A DNA stretch of 63,456 bases, counting the filler, from Octopus bimaculoides (taxonomy: Eukaryota): the NCBI RefSeq assembly GCF_001194135.2. It is 7 parts of 7 records of this genome, joined end to end, with 100 filler letters (N's around TTAATTAATTAA, not from the genome) between each part and the next. Parts side by side here need not be neighbours in the genome. Positions count along the whole stretch, not along the records: positions 1 to 15,950 come from NC_068988.1; 6 more parts are not named here. The stretch is one strand, 5' to 3'. Within the stretch, counting starts at the first letter, position 1. Each line of letters begins with the position of its first letter. The position numbers were made by a program, and so were the translations under genes. Positions 1 to 12,230 of this stretch are shown piece by piece. The notes below the pieces were generated by a model. The model was not told the DNA's origin. It did not search any database and saw only the letters and a program-made list of their open reading frames with translations.

Positions 1-70
<70 letters not shown>
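1..70. repeat. (CA)n microsatellite
   Basis: Pure AC dinucleotide run at the window start. Confidence 0.99.
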
Positions 71-73
<3 letters not shown>

Positions 74-474
74 TGACGGAAGTGTCACGGCTGAAATGAT
101 AATGTTTTTTATCATGTTTACAATGATTTATTGGCAAGCAAGTAATATTTTTAGAAGTATCGGTTGCTGGACAACATGTAATACGCCAGATAATTCGAGT
201 AAACATAGCTTTTAAATTAATTTAATTTAATTTAATTATGTATTGCATTTACATAATTAGATAATTAATGATGTGTATCATGACGAAACAGCTGTTGAAC
301 ATTATCAAAGCAAAATTTATGCTTTTGTATATATTCTAAAAGTATACAAAGAAATGTGTATATCTGTTATACATTACGCTCGAAATAAATTGTACAGATT
401 TATGATGATTCTTACTCAATAGTACACAACAGTTCGGGAAATAAAGCACTTTGTGATTTATTTCCCGCGTCTAG

Positions 475-526
<52 letters not shown>

Positions 527-578
527 AATGAGTTTGTTTGTGTGTGTGTGTGTTTATACAAGCAGATATATATATATG

Positions 579-1071
579 AATAATCAGAAAATGGAGAAAA
601 CTTTAGACCAACAAACAAACAAATTGGACCACATTTGTAGATTATTTTTTAATACAAAACATGTCATAACATTTCTGTGACATAACAATTCTTACAGTTG
701 TTTCCGCTTCCCCTGTCAGTCGGTGCTGAAATATTGTAGAAAATACTACCTGTTGTCCACAATGGGATTGACCGAAGTTTATTCATCACTACAATTGGTC
801 AATTATATTTGAAACGGTTTTAACTTTTGCCCTTGGTTCAAATATAATTGACCAATTGTAGTGATGAATAGACTTCAGTCAATCCCATTGCGGACAACAG
901 GTAGTATTCTCTACAATATTTCAGCACCGACTGACAGTGGAAGCGGAAACGGCCGTAAGAATTGTTATGTCACAGAAATGTTATGTCATGTTTTGTATTA
1001 AAAAATAATCTACAATCGTGGTCCAATTTGTTTGTTTGTTGATCTAAAGTTTTCTCCATTTTCTGATTATT
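579..1071. repeat. Long inverted repeat (fold-back): 235-bp arms, 23-bp spacer
   Basis: 579-813 is the reverse complement of 837-1071, with 12 mismatches counted by eye and no indels. Confidence 0.97.
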
Positions 1072-1240
1072 TAAATTTGATTCTTGATAAACTTTTGTTT
1101 ATTCTGTTGTTACTTGTACTTTACAAGCATAGTGTGCCTGTATACTCATGCCCAGAGATAGTACAGGTAACTGATACCGATAGTAAATACGGATATTTTA
1201 TCCCTTAGTAGGTTACTATAACAGCTAACTCTGCTTACCT

Positions 1241-1280
<40 letters not shown>

Positions 1281-1933
1281 CTAGCTTTTATTGCTCTCTT
1301 GAGGGAAAACCACCATTTGTTGTTGATGATGGATCCCGTCAAAACCCTCTTCACTAGCGTGCTAAGCTGGTCTTTGAAAACCTGTCTCGACGGGAAATAC
1401 GCGTTCAGTTTCCAGTAACCGGGACACTGCCTATGTGCCTTATCTAAGTCTAGCGTACACGTCACAAGTTTGTGATCCATGTAACTGACTATGTGGAATT
1501 ATGGACATCCTACGCTATCTCTATCTACTCTCCTACACAGTATTCTATCTAGATACGATCTCGACGACCCGATGCGGTTACTCCATGTCCACGTTGGCGC
1601 ATTCGGGTGGTCCAGTAGGTAACTGTTAGATAGTTGAAAGCGTCTGAGCAGGTCTTTGAGGCATTTGCATCCCCGTCTATTCCAGTCCCCCACTAAAAGT
1701 AAAGGACGGTCGAAAGAAATCTGGCCGGCCTATGAGTCGAAAAGCACACCCATTGCTGCCATCGTTATCCAGGACAACCAGTCTACCATCCGAATATTGT
1801 CTTTACTCCGAGATCCAGACTCTTGCGAAAAAGTACCGCCGTGCCACTACCGCCCATTCTCGACAGACAGGGAGAAAAATAAATGTTAAACTGTCCGCCA
1901 AACATGGACTTTAGTGCCCGTGGATTATGGAGT
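1281..1933 (-). mobile_element. Tx1/L1-clade LINE fragment, APE endonuclease region (pseudogenised)
   Basis: Minus-strand peptides GDWN...PTWTWSNRIGSSRSYLDRILC, DHKLV and GYWKLN are typical L1/Tx1 ORF2 EN motifs. Frames are broken and the fragment ends in (ATAG)n. Confidence 0.88.
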
Positions 1934-2094
1934 NNNNNNNNNNNNNNNNNNNNNNNNNNNNNNNNNNNNNNNNNNNNNNNNNNNNNNNNNNNNNNNNNNN
2001 NNNNNNNNNNNNNNNNNNNNNNNNNNNNNNNNNNNNNNNNNNNNNNNNNNNNNNNNNNNNNNNNNNNNNNNNNNNNNNNNNNNNNNNNNNNNNN

Positions 2095-2498
2095 GCATAT
2101 CTCTTCTACCAGTTCAAAAATTCTTATATATCCACCACACGCATTCTTTCGCCATAGCTATCGGTGTTACGAAAACCGTTTTTCCTTCCCGTTTAAAGGA
2201 AGGTGGCGGAACAATATTCACGATAGACTCAGCTGATAAGTGGGCTCGTCCTACACGCGACAACAGCCGTTCGACGAAGGTCCACAGCTCTGAAATATCT
2301 GGACACTGCACGAGTGCGTGTAGAACAGTTTCGTCGTTCTGACCGCATCTCGGGCAGGTCGGTCCGGTGGTTTTCGAACCGTGTCTGTAGATCTCTCGAA
2401 CTGGTGGTGCGTCCCGATAGCATTGCCAAGCCAAAGATCTCTGGAAATTATCCATAGGCCCCGGCCCGAACGTCGTCCTGAAAAGGCGGGTTTAAGAT
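2095..2498 (-). mobile_element. Tx1/L1-clade LINE fragment, C-terminal zf-RVT (CCHC) region
   Basis: ORF 2114-2455 reads ...TCPRCGQNDETVLHALVQCP...LW...AKECVWW, i.e. a CX2CX7HX4C zinc knuckle downstream of RT. Confidence 0.88.
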
Positions 2499-2847
2499 AA
2501 ATAGATAGATAGATAGATAGTGTCTGCGTAGTGTGAATCTTTTCTGAACTTTACGTTCTCACCGTCACTAGGACAAAGTCAAAAGCAACGAAGACAATGA
2601 TTTTGTAAACTAGTAAATATGTGAATTGCATTTAAAGTTAATTGTTCTCTCTTTTAGTAACATTCGATGCACCTGAGTAGTTAATGGCTATACTTTTTAT
2701 AGGAATTTAATAAAAAATATTTGAGGGATCAAATTTCAATAATGACGTCATACTGAATTTTTATAAATGTCTAGCTGGCATGCTTCTGTCTGTTGTTTTA
2801 CTTTCGTCCCTATAACGCTTTACAGCTAAAATACATTTATTTATTTA

Positions 2848-4194
2848 CAAGGGTAGCTCAAAAATGAAACGTACTCTTGTTCCTGTAATCTATTAAAACA
2901 AAAGCAGGGATTGACCAATTACCTCATTATTCGACATAGTCTCCTTGTTTTTCAATGCATTTCTTCCAGCGGACCACGAGCTTGCTTATTCTATTGGAGA
3001 AGGCTTTCGGCTGGTCGCGTAACCATTTATGCACTGCTTCCTGCTCTTCTTCCTCAGTAACAAACTGACGACTAAGTAAAAAGGCGTTTGAGTGCTCCAG
3101 AAACGTGATAGTTGAAAGGGGCGCAGTCTGGACTGTATGCAGGGTGTCCCTGCAACTTTCAACCCTTTGAAACCTAATTTTTCAATAAGTTTCAACGGTG
3201 TGGACGACCATATGTGGGCGTGTCTTGTCGTGCAACATTAACACTTGATTTGACAATAGGCTTTGGCGTTTGGTGCGAGTTGCTGATTTCAGTTTGTTGG
3301 CCAGCATTTCACTGTAGCCTACACTGGTGATTGTAGACCCATTTTCCAGATAATGTTCCACTTTAGACCCTTTTGTGCCCCCCGAAACGGTTGTCATCAC
3401 TTTTTCTGGGGAAGGTTGTATCTTGAATTTCTCTTTGGCTGGTGATTCCGAGTGTTTCCGCTCCATATTCTGCCTTTTGGATGATGGATGAAAGGGATGG
3501 ATCCAGGTATCATCTCCTGAGATTAAACTCTCGAAAAAGCTTCACCTTCATTGTTGTAGCAGTCGAGTAACCATCAACAGATCTCCGCATGACTGCGCTT
3601 TTGTGCTTCGGTAAGATCTCTTGGTACCCATCTCACACAGAATTTACGGAAGTGAAGCTTATCATGGACGATTTCGCATGCAGAACCATAACTAATTTGC
3701 AGATAACATGCCACCTCATCGATGGTCACTCATAGGTTCGCCAGAACCATCTCTCGAGTTTGTTGAATCTTCACGTCAGTGGTGGAGGGTGATGGACATA
3801 TTGCTCCCTCTTCGTGTTTCATGCTTGGACAACCATTTTAAAATTTCACGATTCCCTCATACACCCTTCTACGCGGTGGAGCGCTATCTCCATATTATAC
3901 AGAAAACCTGTGATGAATTTCAGTCCCTGTTCTTCCTTGGTGCATACTGCCAGCGAAGTGGCCATGTTTACTCTGTAACACAAGAAAGAAAACTGGAGCA
4001 ATCAAGTTCAAACTGCGGTTTCGTAATCATAAGAGTACCATCTAACACGCGTGAGTAGAAGACAGTGCGGCCTACATGAAGAAAGTTTTGGCGATAATTT
4101 TAAATTTCTCCGTGTATTTATTGTCATCCTATTCTCCGTTTCCAAGTACAACTCTGGTCCTAACTTAACTTTTCCATTTTTGATGCTTTATTCG
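2848..4194 (-). mobile_element. Near full-length decayed mariner transposon (~1.35 kb); transposase relic ~2927-3965
   Basis: MATSLAVCTKEEQ start, WVPRDL motif, LHDKTRPH and C-terminal KLVVRWKKCIEKQGDYVE. Left TIR TA|CAAGGGTAGCTCAAAAATG and a degenerate right TIR at ~4172-4194. Confidence 0.9.
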
Positions 4195-4849
4195 AAGAAA
4201 TCTTTTCTTATTTGTTAGATGTCAAACGTTGTAGATTACAATCCTGCACAGAATAAAATCTGGTTTAGGTATAGGGTTTTAGGTGAGGGATTAGGATTAA
4301 TGTGTAGAGTTTAGAGTTAGAATTACATGGATAGCGGAAATTATTGAAAAAAAAAACATTTGTGATGATATTTTTTTTATACAAATTCATAGTTTTAACG
4401 AGTTTTAGTTAATCTGACAAAAACTGGATGATGTAAGATAGTTGTTGTCGCAGTAGCTAAACTCTTTCTCTCTCTCTCTCTCTCTCTCCCTGTCTCTCTC
4501 TCACTATTCATCTATTTGTCTGTCTGCCTGTCTCTGTCTATCTATTGATCGATTGATCAATCAATCAGTCTATTTTTCTGCCATATATATAATTGCAATT
4601 TTAAATGAGAATTTTTATCTCTATTTTTCATATATAAATAGACATTATTATATTTTAGAAGATAATATCGATTTCAGTATGAAACTGAAGGTTGTTCAAT
4701 TATATCATTATATTGAGGACAGTGTCACATCATTAATGTGGTGAAGTGTTACAGCTATAATGTAGGACCATTGTCACTGTAATGTAAGGACAATGCCATA
4801 AGGGCAATGTGTTTTTATAAGAACAAACGGCGTTCCTCACAACTCACTG

Positions 4850-5290
4850 ATTTTAATCAAACGCATCTGCTATATGCTTATTCTCCCTCTCTCCATCTTA
4901 CCTCCATGGAAATTATTTTGCTCTCCTTTATCTCTCTTATGAATCCTTCGTCTCCAACTACTTTTCTTCCACGCAGCCATTTCTAAACAAGTACCAACTT
5001 CTCTCACTTCCTATCACTGTTTACTTCATCCTATTCCTTATACTGTTAAGGAATCAACAGAACTTTCTCTCTCCTTGAAGAAAGATTTTTTCTGAAATGC
5101 TGAAATCTCCTCGTATCCCATTCAAGTCACTTTGCTTCTTTCCAATTAATTACTCACATTTGATTAAACATTTTAAAGACTCGAAACTCTTCAAAAATGC
5201 CAGTCAAAGAGATGGTGATGGCTTAAAGATAGTTGTATTATTGTTAAAGTATCACTACAAAGACTTTGAGGCAAAAAGCCTCTGGGACAT
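4850..5290 (+). mobile_element. Possible highly decayed LINE pre-RT region
   Basis: Weak similarity of frameshifted NILKTRNSSK / NASQRDGDGLKIVVL to the 'K(A)xGPDGI' pre-RT motif. Confidence 0.25.
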
Positions 5291-6474
5291 TTAATCCTCT
5301 CTTTTATTTCACTAGAATTTGTCGCAAAATGTCTGCATAATTTTGGTTATGCTAAAATCACTGATAACAGCAGAATCTCTCAGGAACAAGAAAACTAAAT
5401 AAACAAAATAAATTATTGAACTTTCTTCAATACTGTGCATAACTCAGAATTTGATAGAGGCTGTATGAAACAAGGAAGAGAGAGCTACATGGGGCATTTA
5501 TTATAATAGACTTCATAATACATTTGCCACCACATAGCACTTTGTGCAAGTGTTTCTACTCTAGCCCCAGGTTGACCAATGCCTTGTTAGACAGCTTGAT
5601 AGAGAGATATTAGGTCCTTGTGTGTGTATGTGTGCGTCTATACACACATACATACATATATATGCACATATATTTGTATGTGCGTGTGTGTCTTTGTCTC
5701 TGTGTGTGCGTGCATGCATGACTGTGCTTGAATGTTAATATTTTGTATGTCTCTATTTGAGTGAAGCAGTGCAAATGTTAGCATTATGACTGGTCTTTCA
5801 GCTTTTCCAAAGACCTGTGGAACATAAAACTCCCATACCTGAAAAGCAGGTGAGAATTGGTGTCAGGAAGTGCATCCAGTCATAACTTCCTACCTCAGAA
5901 TCAATTCCCACCCAACGCATATAAGCAAGTAGAAAGATGACTGTAACGCCTTGCTTGCCATCATCAGACTATGATTTACATTGATTCAGTAAGTGGTGCA
6001 TATGTGGTTAGGTATACTACTTGAAGTGTGTTGACCAATTTCATATTGTGTTTCTCTTTTCAAATGAATCATCACTGAAATAATGAGATGCTATGTCAGA
6101 GCATTTCTAGTCTCAGTGGAACCTATGAATTGAATTTACATTCAGTTTAATATGGTCTTCTTTTAATATAAATTATGATTTAAGGGAGATTTGGCTTCTC
6201 TTTCTACCAGGATTATCAACCGCATCAAAGCTCACTTCATGTTGCATTTAGTGTAAGCTTTTATTGTTTAACCCTTGGTCAGTCTTGACTGAGCAAACAT
6301 GTAATCAAGGATATTTTCCCATGTCCATCAGATCGTTTTTCTCACTCAAGCCATCAAATCATATTTTATAAGAAAGGTTATAATGCATTGTGTAATCCTA
6401 GATAGACTGTGACAGAGAAAATAAGGACAATTACAATGACTGATTATTGATTTGCTTGATTAAGTTGTGTGTGT

Positions 6475-6507
<33 letters not shown>

Positions 6508-6508
<1 letters not shown>

Positions 6509-6585
6509 AGCACCTTGGGGAAGTATCTTCTACTGGGTTGACTAAGACCTTGCAAGTGAACTTGGTCAACAAAAACTGAAACTCA
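6508..6585 (+). mobile_element. CORE-type SINE fragment
   Basis: CACCTTGGGGAAGTATCTTCTACT matches the core of the full copy at 17808. Confidence 0.65.
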
Positions 6586-7019
6586 TGTACATACATACAT
6601 ATATATACTTTATGTATATATATATTCAACTTTATTCAACTGATATATATATACACACATATATATNNNNNNNNNNACAACATGGTCTGGTTTTCACGTT
6701 TTTTTATTATGGTATTTAAAAACAATAATTTTTTTAACAATGTTGAAGTGTGTTAAACATTAAAAAATTGTTTTGTAATGTTCATAAAGTTCAATTAGTG
6801 CTTTCATATGTTCATAGTAATCATCAGATTTCAAAACATATTTAACTGACAGTTGAGTTCTTGACAACTGTAGTAAAATGACTGACTTCTTCATTTTATA
6901 CTTCTTGGAAGGCTCCAACAAGCTGAATTTTTGGAATACAGTTTTGACTAATTTACATGCAGCTTAAACATCACAGTTTGCCAGGCGTACCAATATTACT
7001 GGCATAGATTCTGATTATT

Positions 7020-7410
7020 TTTTAACCAAGATTGGCTGCCTTTGGGAGCTCCTCTATACTGAATCGCTACCAGAACTAGTGAAGAGATTTCAGAAGTGGA
7101 AACAGGGTCTGTCATCAAAGGGCCTAAGAGCTAATTTAGCAAACATTAAAGTGCTTGAGTATAAGAAAACAAATTACTAATCCCTTTGAGGAGATGACCC
7201 AGCTCAATATGTAGGAAAGGTGTGTAGAAATTCCATATGGTGTACCCAATGCAAACTATGGACACATAAGATGTGCAAAGGTATACTGGAAGGTTAACAG
7301 AGAAAGTAGTCTTTGTGTGGATGATATGCAGGTATAATAAACACTAAAAATCTACAGAAAATAGACTTACTCAAATGTCCAGTGAGGTCTTTCGAAGTAG
7401 TAGATAGCTT
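7020..7410 (+). mobile_element. RTE-clade LINE fragment, RT C-terminal part with PHD-like insert
   Basis: KIGCLWELLY[YADD region deleted]TESLPELVKRFQKWKQGLSSKGLRANLANIKVL, then frameshifted ICRKGV..CTQCKLWTHKMC..GRLTEKVVFV. Confidence 0.85.
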
Positions 7411-7445
7411 AAAAACACCAAGTATAGTTTCTAAAGTGGCTGGTG

Positions 7446-7575
7446 TTATGAAGAGCATCGAGCCATAGAAACCATGTCAAAACAGAAAATAGGAGCCTGG
7501 TGCAGCTCTCCTGTTCCTAACTCCTGTCTAATCATCCAACCCATGCCAGCATAGAACACGAACATTATATGATGG
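7446..7575 (-). mobile_element. RTE-type 3' end fragment
   Basis: ATCCAACCCATGCCAGCAT-type terminal motif shared with other RTE 3' ends in the window. Confidence 0.65.
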
Positions 7576-7819
7576 TGATAATATATGTATGTATATATAC
7601 ACGTATATATGTGTGTATAAGTATATATATATATATGTATATATGTATATGTGTTTGTCTGATCAAGTGTATGGTTATGTACTCTTCGTCTATGGTATTG
7701 ATGGCGATTTCTTTGTTGAATTGGAATGTTTTGATAAGGATTCTGTATTTGTTCAGAGATGTTGAACATTGATTTCGTAGAGTATTGGGATAACACATGC
7801 TTATGCACACACAACAAAC

Positions 7820-7862
<43 letters not shown>

Positions 7863-7872
7863 NNNNNNNNNN

Positions 7873-7917
<45 letters not shown>

Positions 7918-8177
7918 ACTGTTTGTATGTATAAGAATACACAGCGATTTATGGTCAGACAGTAATGGACTAACAGATTTAGGAATTGTATTGTTACTAA
8001 AGCAAATATAAGAAACTGATAAGAAAATACAAAAAATCTTAAATAGAAGAATTAACTAGAACAGAGTTAATTATATATGCAAAGATATGTGTGTGTGTTT
8101 GTATACATATATATGTGTGTATAAAATATTATCAAAATATATATACATGTATACACACACACACACACACACGCACA

Positions 8178-8930
8178 CAGAGGTTGTAACGAAAGTTCTG
8201 TCCATTTCTATGAAGGAAAATTATAAGACGTGATTACATCAATCTAGTTTCTAAATGATATTAGTAGCTATCTAAATCCCTAAAACATTATTTCTTCTTT
8301 CAGATGACCCAAATGTACACTCCAAGTAAAGAACACAAATGGCATGTTTTACTGTTTGAATTCCAGAAGGGAATACAGCAAGTTCAGCAGCAAGATCGTT
8401 CAAAAGCACTTATGGAAATGATGTGGTGAATGGAAGGACATGCAGAAGATGGTTTTCACGTTTCAAAAAAGGATAACTTCAGTCTAAAAGATGAAGCAAG
8501 AATAGAATGCCCCATAGGACTCAATTCTGAGAAATTGCAAGCTACTATGGAGGAAAATCTAACCATTACAACTAGGGAACTGAGCAAGGCGTTTAATGTG
8601 AGCCATATGACCATCTATCGTGAAATAATAAGGCTTTGAAGATGGGTTCGAAATGATCTGTCATAAAACAATCGCAAACAACATGTGGACTGCTGTGTCT
8701 CATTGCATTCTCGTGAACTTCAAACACCTTTTTTTTGAAAGAATCATTATTGGAGATGAGAAGTGGATTCTCTACAACAATGTTAATTGCAAAAGACAGT
8801 GGCTCAGCCATAATTCAAAGCCTATCTAACAGCCCCGAAGTGGTCTGCAGCGAAAGAAGATTCTTTTGAGTGTATTAGGACATGAGGGGAATTGTTTATT
8901 ATGCGCTGTTAGGTGACAATCAAATACACA
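8178..8930 (+). mobile_element. Mariner transposon, 3'-truncated and decayed
   Basis: TIR-like CAGAGGTTGTAACGAAAGTTCTGTCC. Transposase relic MYTPSKEH..LLFEF..RTCRRWFSRFKKG, WVRNDL, RIIIGDEKWILYNN. Confidence 0.9.
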
Positions 8931-9204
8931 TCCCAGTCCAGGAACTCACTATCTCATGATTGTGAGCCCAACACTCTAACCACTATATATATATATATAT
9001 ATATATATAATAACAACAGAAGTAGTATTAACACCATGAAGTAATATTTATCCCCACTTAAACGTGAATGTTCTATTGGAACAAACTTTACTGTGGCAGT
9101 TGCGATGAGAAACACTTTCACATTGGCCCTTTGATGTAAAAGGCAATACCACACAGAGAAATCTCGGCCTGAACAAGCTAGGCTCCTGTAAGAAGCCATT
9201 GGCG

Positions 9205-10215
9205 GTAAATGAGGACTGAACCTTGATGGATTTCAACCCTCATGCTAAATTCATCACTGATATTGTTGATCTCACTTTACTTACTGTGTCTTTGTACTTG
9301 TTCAGGTCTCACAAGCCATTCATCAATCAGCACTTAGTTTCCTTATTGAACACCAGATCACTGTATATAGTATACTGACAAACACCTTCTCCAAGTTAAC
9401 AAATGCTAGGAATTATGGCTTGCTCTTAGCCAGATATTTCTCCTGTGGTTGCTTAACTACAAAGATTGTATCCATGGTAACTCTTCAGGGCACAAAGTCA
9501 AACTGCATCTTATCTAAATCTATCTTGTCATGATCCAATCATGCTATGACTCTTTCTGTCATAGCAAAATTGACCTTCATAACCAAATCCAGTAACTTGA
9601 TTCCTTCTTAACTGTTTCTCGCTAAGGCATTTCCTTTTCCTGTTTAGCAGTTTACAATGATACTGCTACACCAGTCATTGGGTATGACTCCTTGTATAAC
9701 TTGATTAACTATATAAGTGGAAATCATGTATCATACCTTACCAGATATTTTGAGCATTTTTGCAACTATCCTTACTGGATCAGCAGCCTTCTTTCTCTCC
9801 ATAATCTTGATTGCTTTATGTGCTATGTTACTGCCAACTTGAATTGCTGGCCTTTGGTAGGGTCAACATAAGGTAGCCCTTTTCTTCCCATGCGTTCTCC
9901 ATGTTTGATAGCTTAGCAATGATCAATATACTTTCATTGTTCTAAATACACTACTCACCAATGGCATCTCAGTTCTCTCTCACATATTGACTCACATTCA
10001 TGAATATCTCATGCCTCTGATCTTCATGTTGCAAGACAAATGCAAATATCTTCCTCTCTGCCTCTCCCTTGGTCAAGTATACCTGTTACCTAGCTGCCCT
10101 TCAAGCTATTTGCTACTGCTATCTACAACCACTTTCCTTCCATGTTTACCAAGCCTGTCTCTTAATGTCTACTGCCCCATCAACTGTATCATTCCACTCC
10201 TATGTTACATATACT
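9205..10215 (-). mobile_element. RTE-clade LINE fragment (EN-RT linker to RT motif 4)
   Basis: WWNDTVDGAVDIKRQAW, IPNDWCSSIIVNCYKGKGNAL, FVNLEKVF, IDEWLVR and VEIHQGSV, with many stops and frameshifts. Confidence 0.88.
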
Positions 10216-10251
10216 TTGCACGTAGCCATTTTAAACTGGACACTCAATTCA

Positions 10252-10414
10252 GGTGCAGACATGGTTGTGTGGTAAGAAGCTTGCTTCCCAACTACATGGT
10301 TCTGGAATCGGTCCCACTGTGTGGCACCTTGGGCATGTGTCTTCTGCTATAGCCTCAGGTTGATCAAAGCCTTGTGAGTGGATTTGGTAGACAGAAACTG
10401 AAAGAAGCCTGTCG
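10252..10414 (+). mobile_element. tRNA-derived CORE-type SINE (5' half)
   Basis: A-box-like GGTTGTGTGGTAAG, degenerate B box, CACCTTGGGCATGTGTCTT core. Confidence 0.85.
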
Positions 10415-10444
10415 GATATATATATATATATATATAAATATATA

Positions 10445-10745
10445 TGTTTGTGTGTCTGAGTTTTTGATCACCTGGGTAACGGAAGCTATCTACAAACTCT
10501 AGCTTACTCCCATGGCAGTTGATGGAGTCTATTTTCTGTACATTTTGGGTGTTTATTGTACCTGTGCATCTACCATACACAAAAGCTATTTTCCCTGTTA
10601 ACCTTCCTCTGATATTGCTGCACCTTTTATGTATTCAAAGCTTACAGTGGGTGCATCTTACAGAGTTACTATCTACACCTTTTCTACAGATTGAGCAGGG
10701 TCATCTACCTGAAGGAACTTGTGGTTTGTTCAGATTGGAGAGATT
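10445..10745 (-). mobile_element. RTE-clade LINE fragment, RT C-terminus with PHD-like finger
   Basis: PCSICRKGVDSNSVRCTHCKL*IHKRCSNIRGRLTGKIAFVYGRCTG...LEFVDSFRYPGDQ. Confidence 0.85.
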
Positions 10746-10799
10746 TTGGGTGCTTCCTTTAGGATGTATGCATCTAGCTACTTTTGACCCAAACATAGA

Positions 10800-11900
10800 C
10801 AGCTGTATTATGTGTAATCCGAAACTAATGTTGGCATCACTTTCACATCATGATGCCTATATTGTTTGTGAAACAGAGATCTAAAATGTTATTTGCCCTA
10901 GTTGGTCTGAGTGCAACTTGCTCCATGAATAGGGTATTCGTGAGGTTGAGCAGGAACTCCACCTGTGCTTGTTTGCAATAAGTTATTCCTAAGAGCATGA
11001 GGCCTTCAGGTCATTTGACATTGGGGAAGTTGAACTCACTCATAAGAAATACACTCACATGATGTTCCAGCAAGGTCTCTCAGGTAAAAAAACTTTGCTT
11101 TTGTTGTTGTGATGCAACAAGCCCACAATATTTAGCAAAAATATTGGTGTGATGACTGTACAGGCTTTAGGGGAGGCCATCCTGTGTCTGTTGATTGTGG
11201 TGGTCTTGCACAGTGGTGGGCAAGGTTCCTTGTTTGCTCTTGATGTAGCCAAGTCAGCTGCTGCACAATCTTTTGTTCCATGCACAAAAAAGACTCGTGC
11301 TCAGTTGCTGCCTTGCGCATAACATTTGAAGAGTGCGCTGCATTTGTATATTTTTTCTTTGGAGGCGACTGGTGCCTTTCCTCAGGGAGGTATTTCTCCT
11401 TAAGACCCCTGAAGTTTTGGCTGATCTCGGGTGAACAAACCAGCAGTTTGCAACATCTTCCTCATGCCGACATTTGTCTTGCAGATAAAATTTCCAAGTC
11501 CTTGAGTTCACTCCAAATTTCTTCTCTCCTCTAGGGTTTAGGATTCCATTGGAGCTTCCATATTTGAGTTTTCTTTTTTTTTTGTTTGGTGGTTTGATGT
11601 TTCGGTTTTAGTTATTTCATTTTTTTCTTTTCCGTTTCTTCCCTTCCTTCTTTATGTTTGTGATCATGTTCTGTCCTTCCTTTTCTTGTGGTAGCACTTG
11701 GATTCCTCTGGTTGTCCAATGGGGTGAGGATTCTGTTTCTTTGTAGGACCACTGGCACAGAGGGACTTCTGGTTGTTGCTTCCTTAGCTTCCCTATCATT
11801 ATCAGCCTGGTTGTTCACTTTGAGTGTTGTGTTCTTTTCTATCAATCTTTCCCTCTTGTTTACATTGCTTATACACTTGATAAACTGTTGCTTTTGGAAG
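10800..11900 (-). mobile_element. CR1-group LINE 5' relic: ORF1 with CCCH-like fingers plus APE endonuclease
   Basis: ORF1-like WKFYLQDKCRHEEDVANCWFVHP. EN motifs LNIVGL..KSKV, EFNFPNVK* and PTRANNILDLCFTNN, with an apparent internal deletion in EN. Confidence 0.75.
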
Positions 11901-12163
11901 TTTCATCTACTTAGCAGTTTTATTGGCAGTGAGCCCAGTGTGAGCCAAAACAACAACGGTGGAACAATTCTGTTGTTCCATGACTTTCTGTTGTTGAATC
12001 AGTTTGCTATTTTCCTGAAAAATAAAGAGGAGGATTAGATTTTCAAGCAAGCAGGGTTTTGTCAAAAAATGAAATGTTAAACCCACTAAGTCAACTGTTT
12101 AAAATTGGCCTCAATTTATCTGCAAGGCCCTGTAAATATCTATATATCTATATAAATATATGA

Positions 12164-12230
<67 letters not shown>

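Noticed and set aside
926-960. HHR-like string CTGACAG...GGAAACGGCCGTA in the hairpin's right arm
   Set aside because: G8 and A9 of the core are wrong and no stem I can form, despite the palindromic stem-III-like ACGGCCGT.
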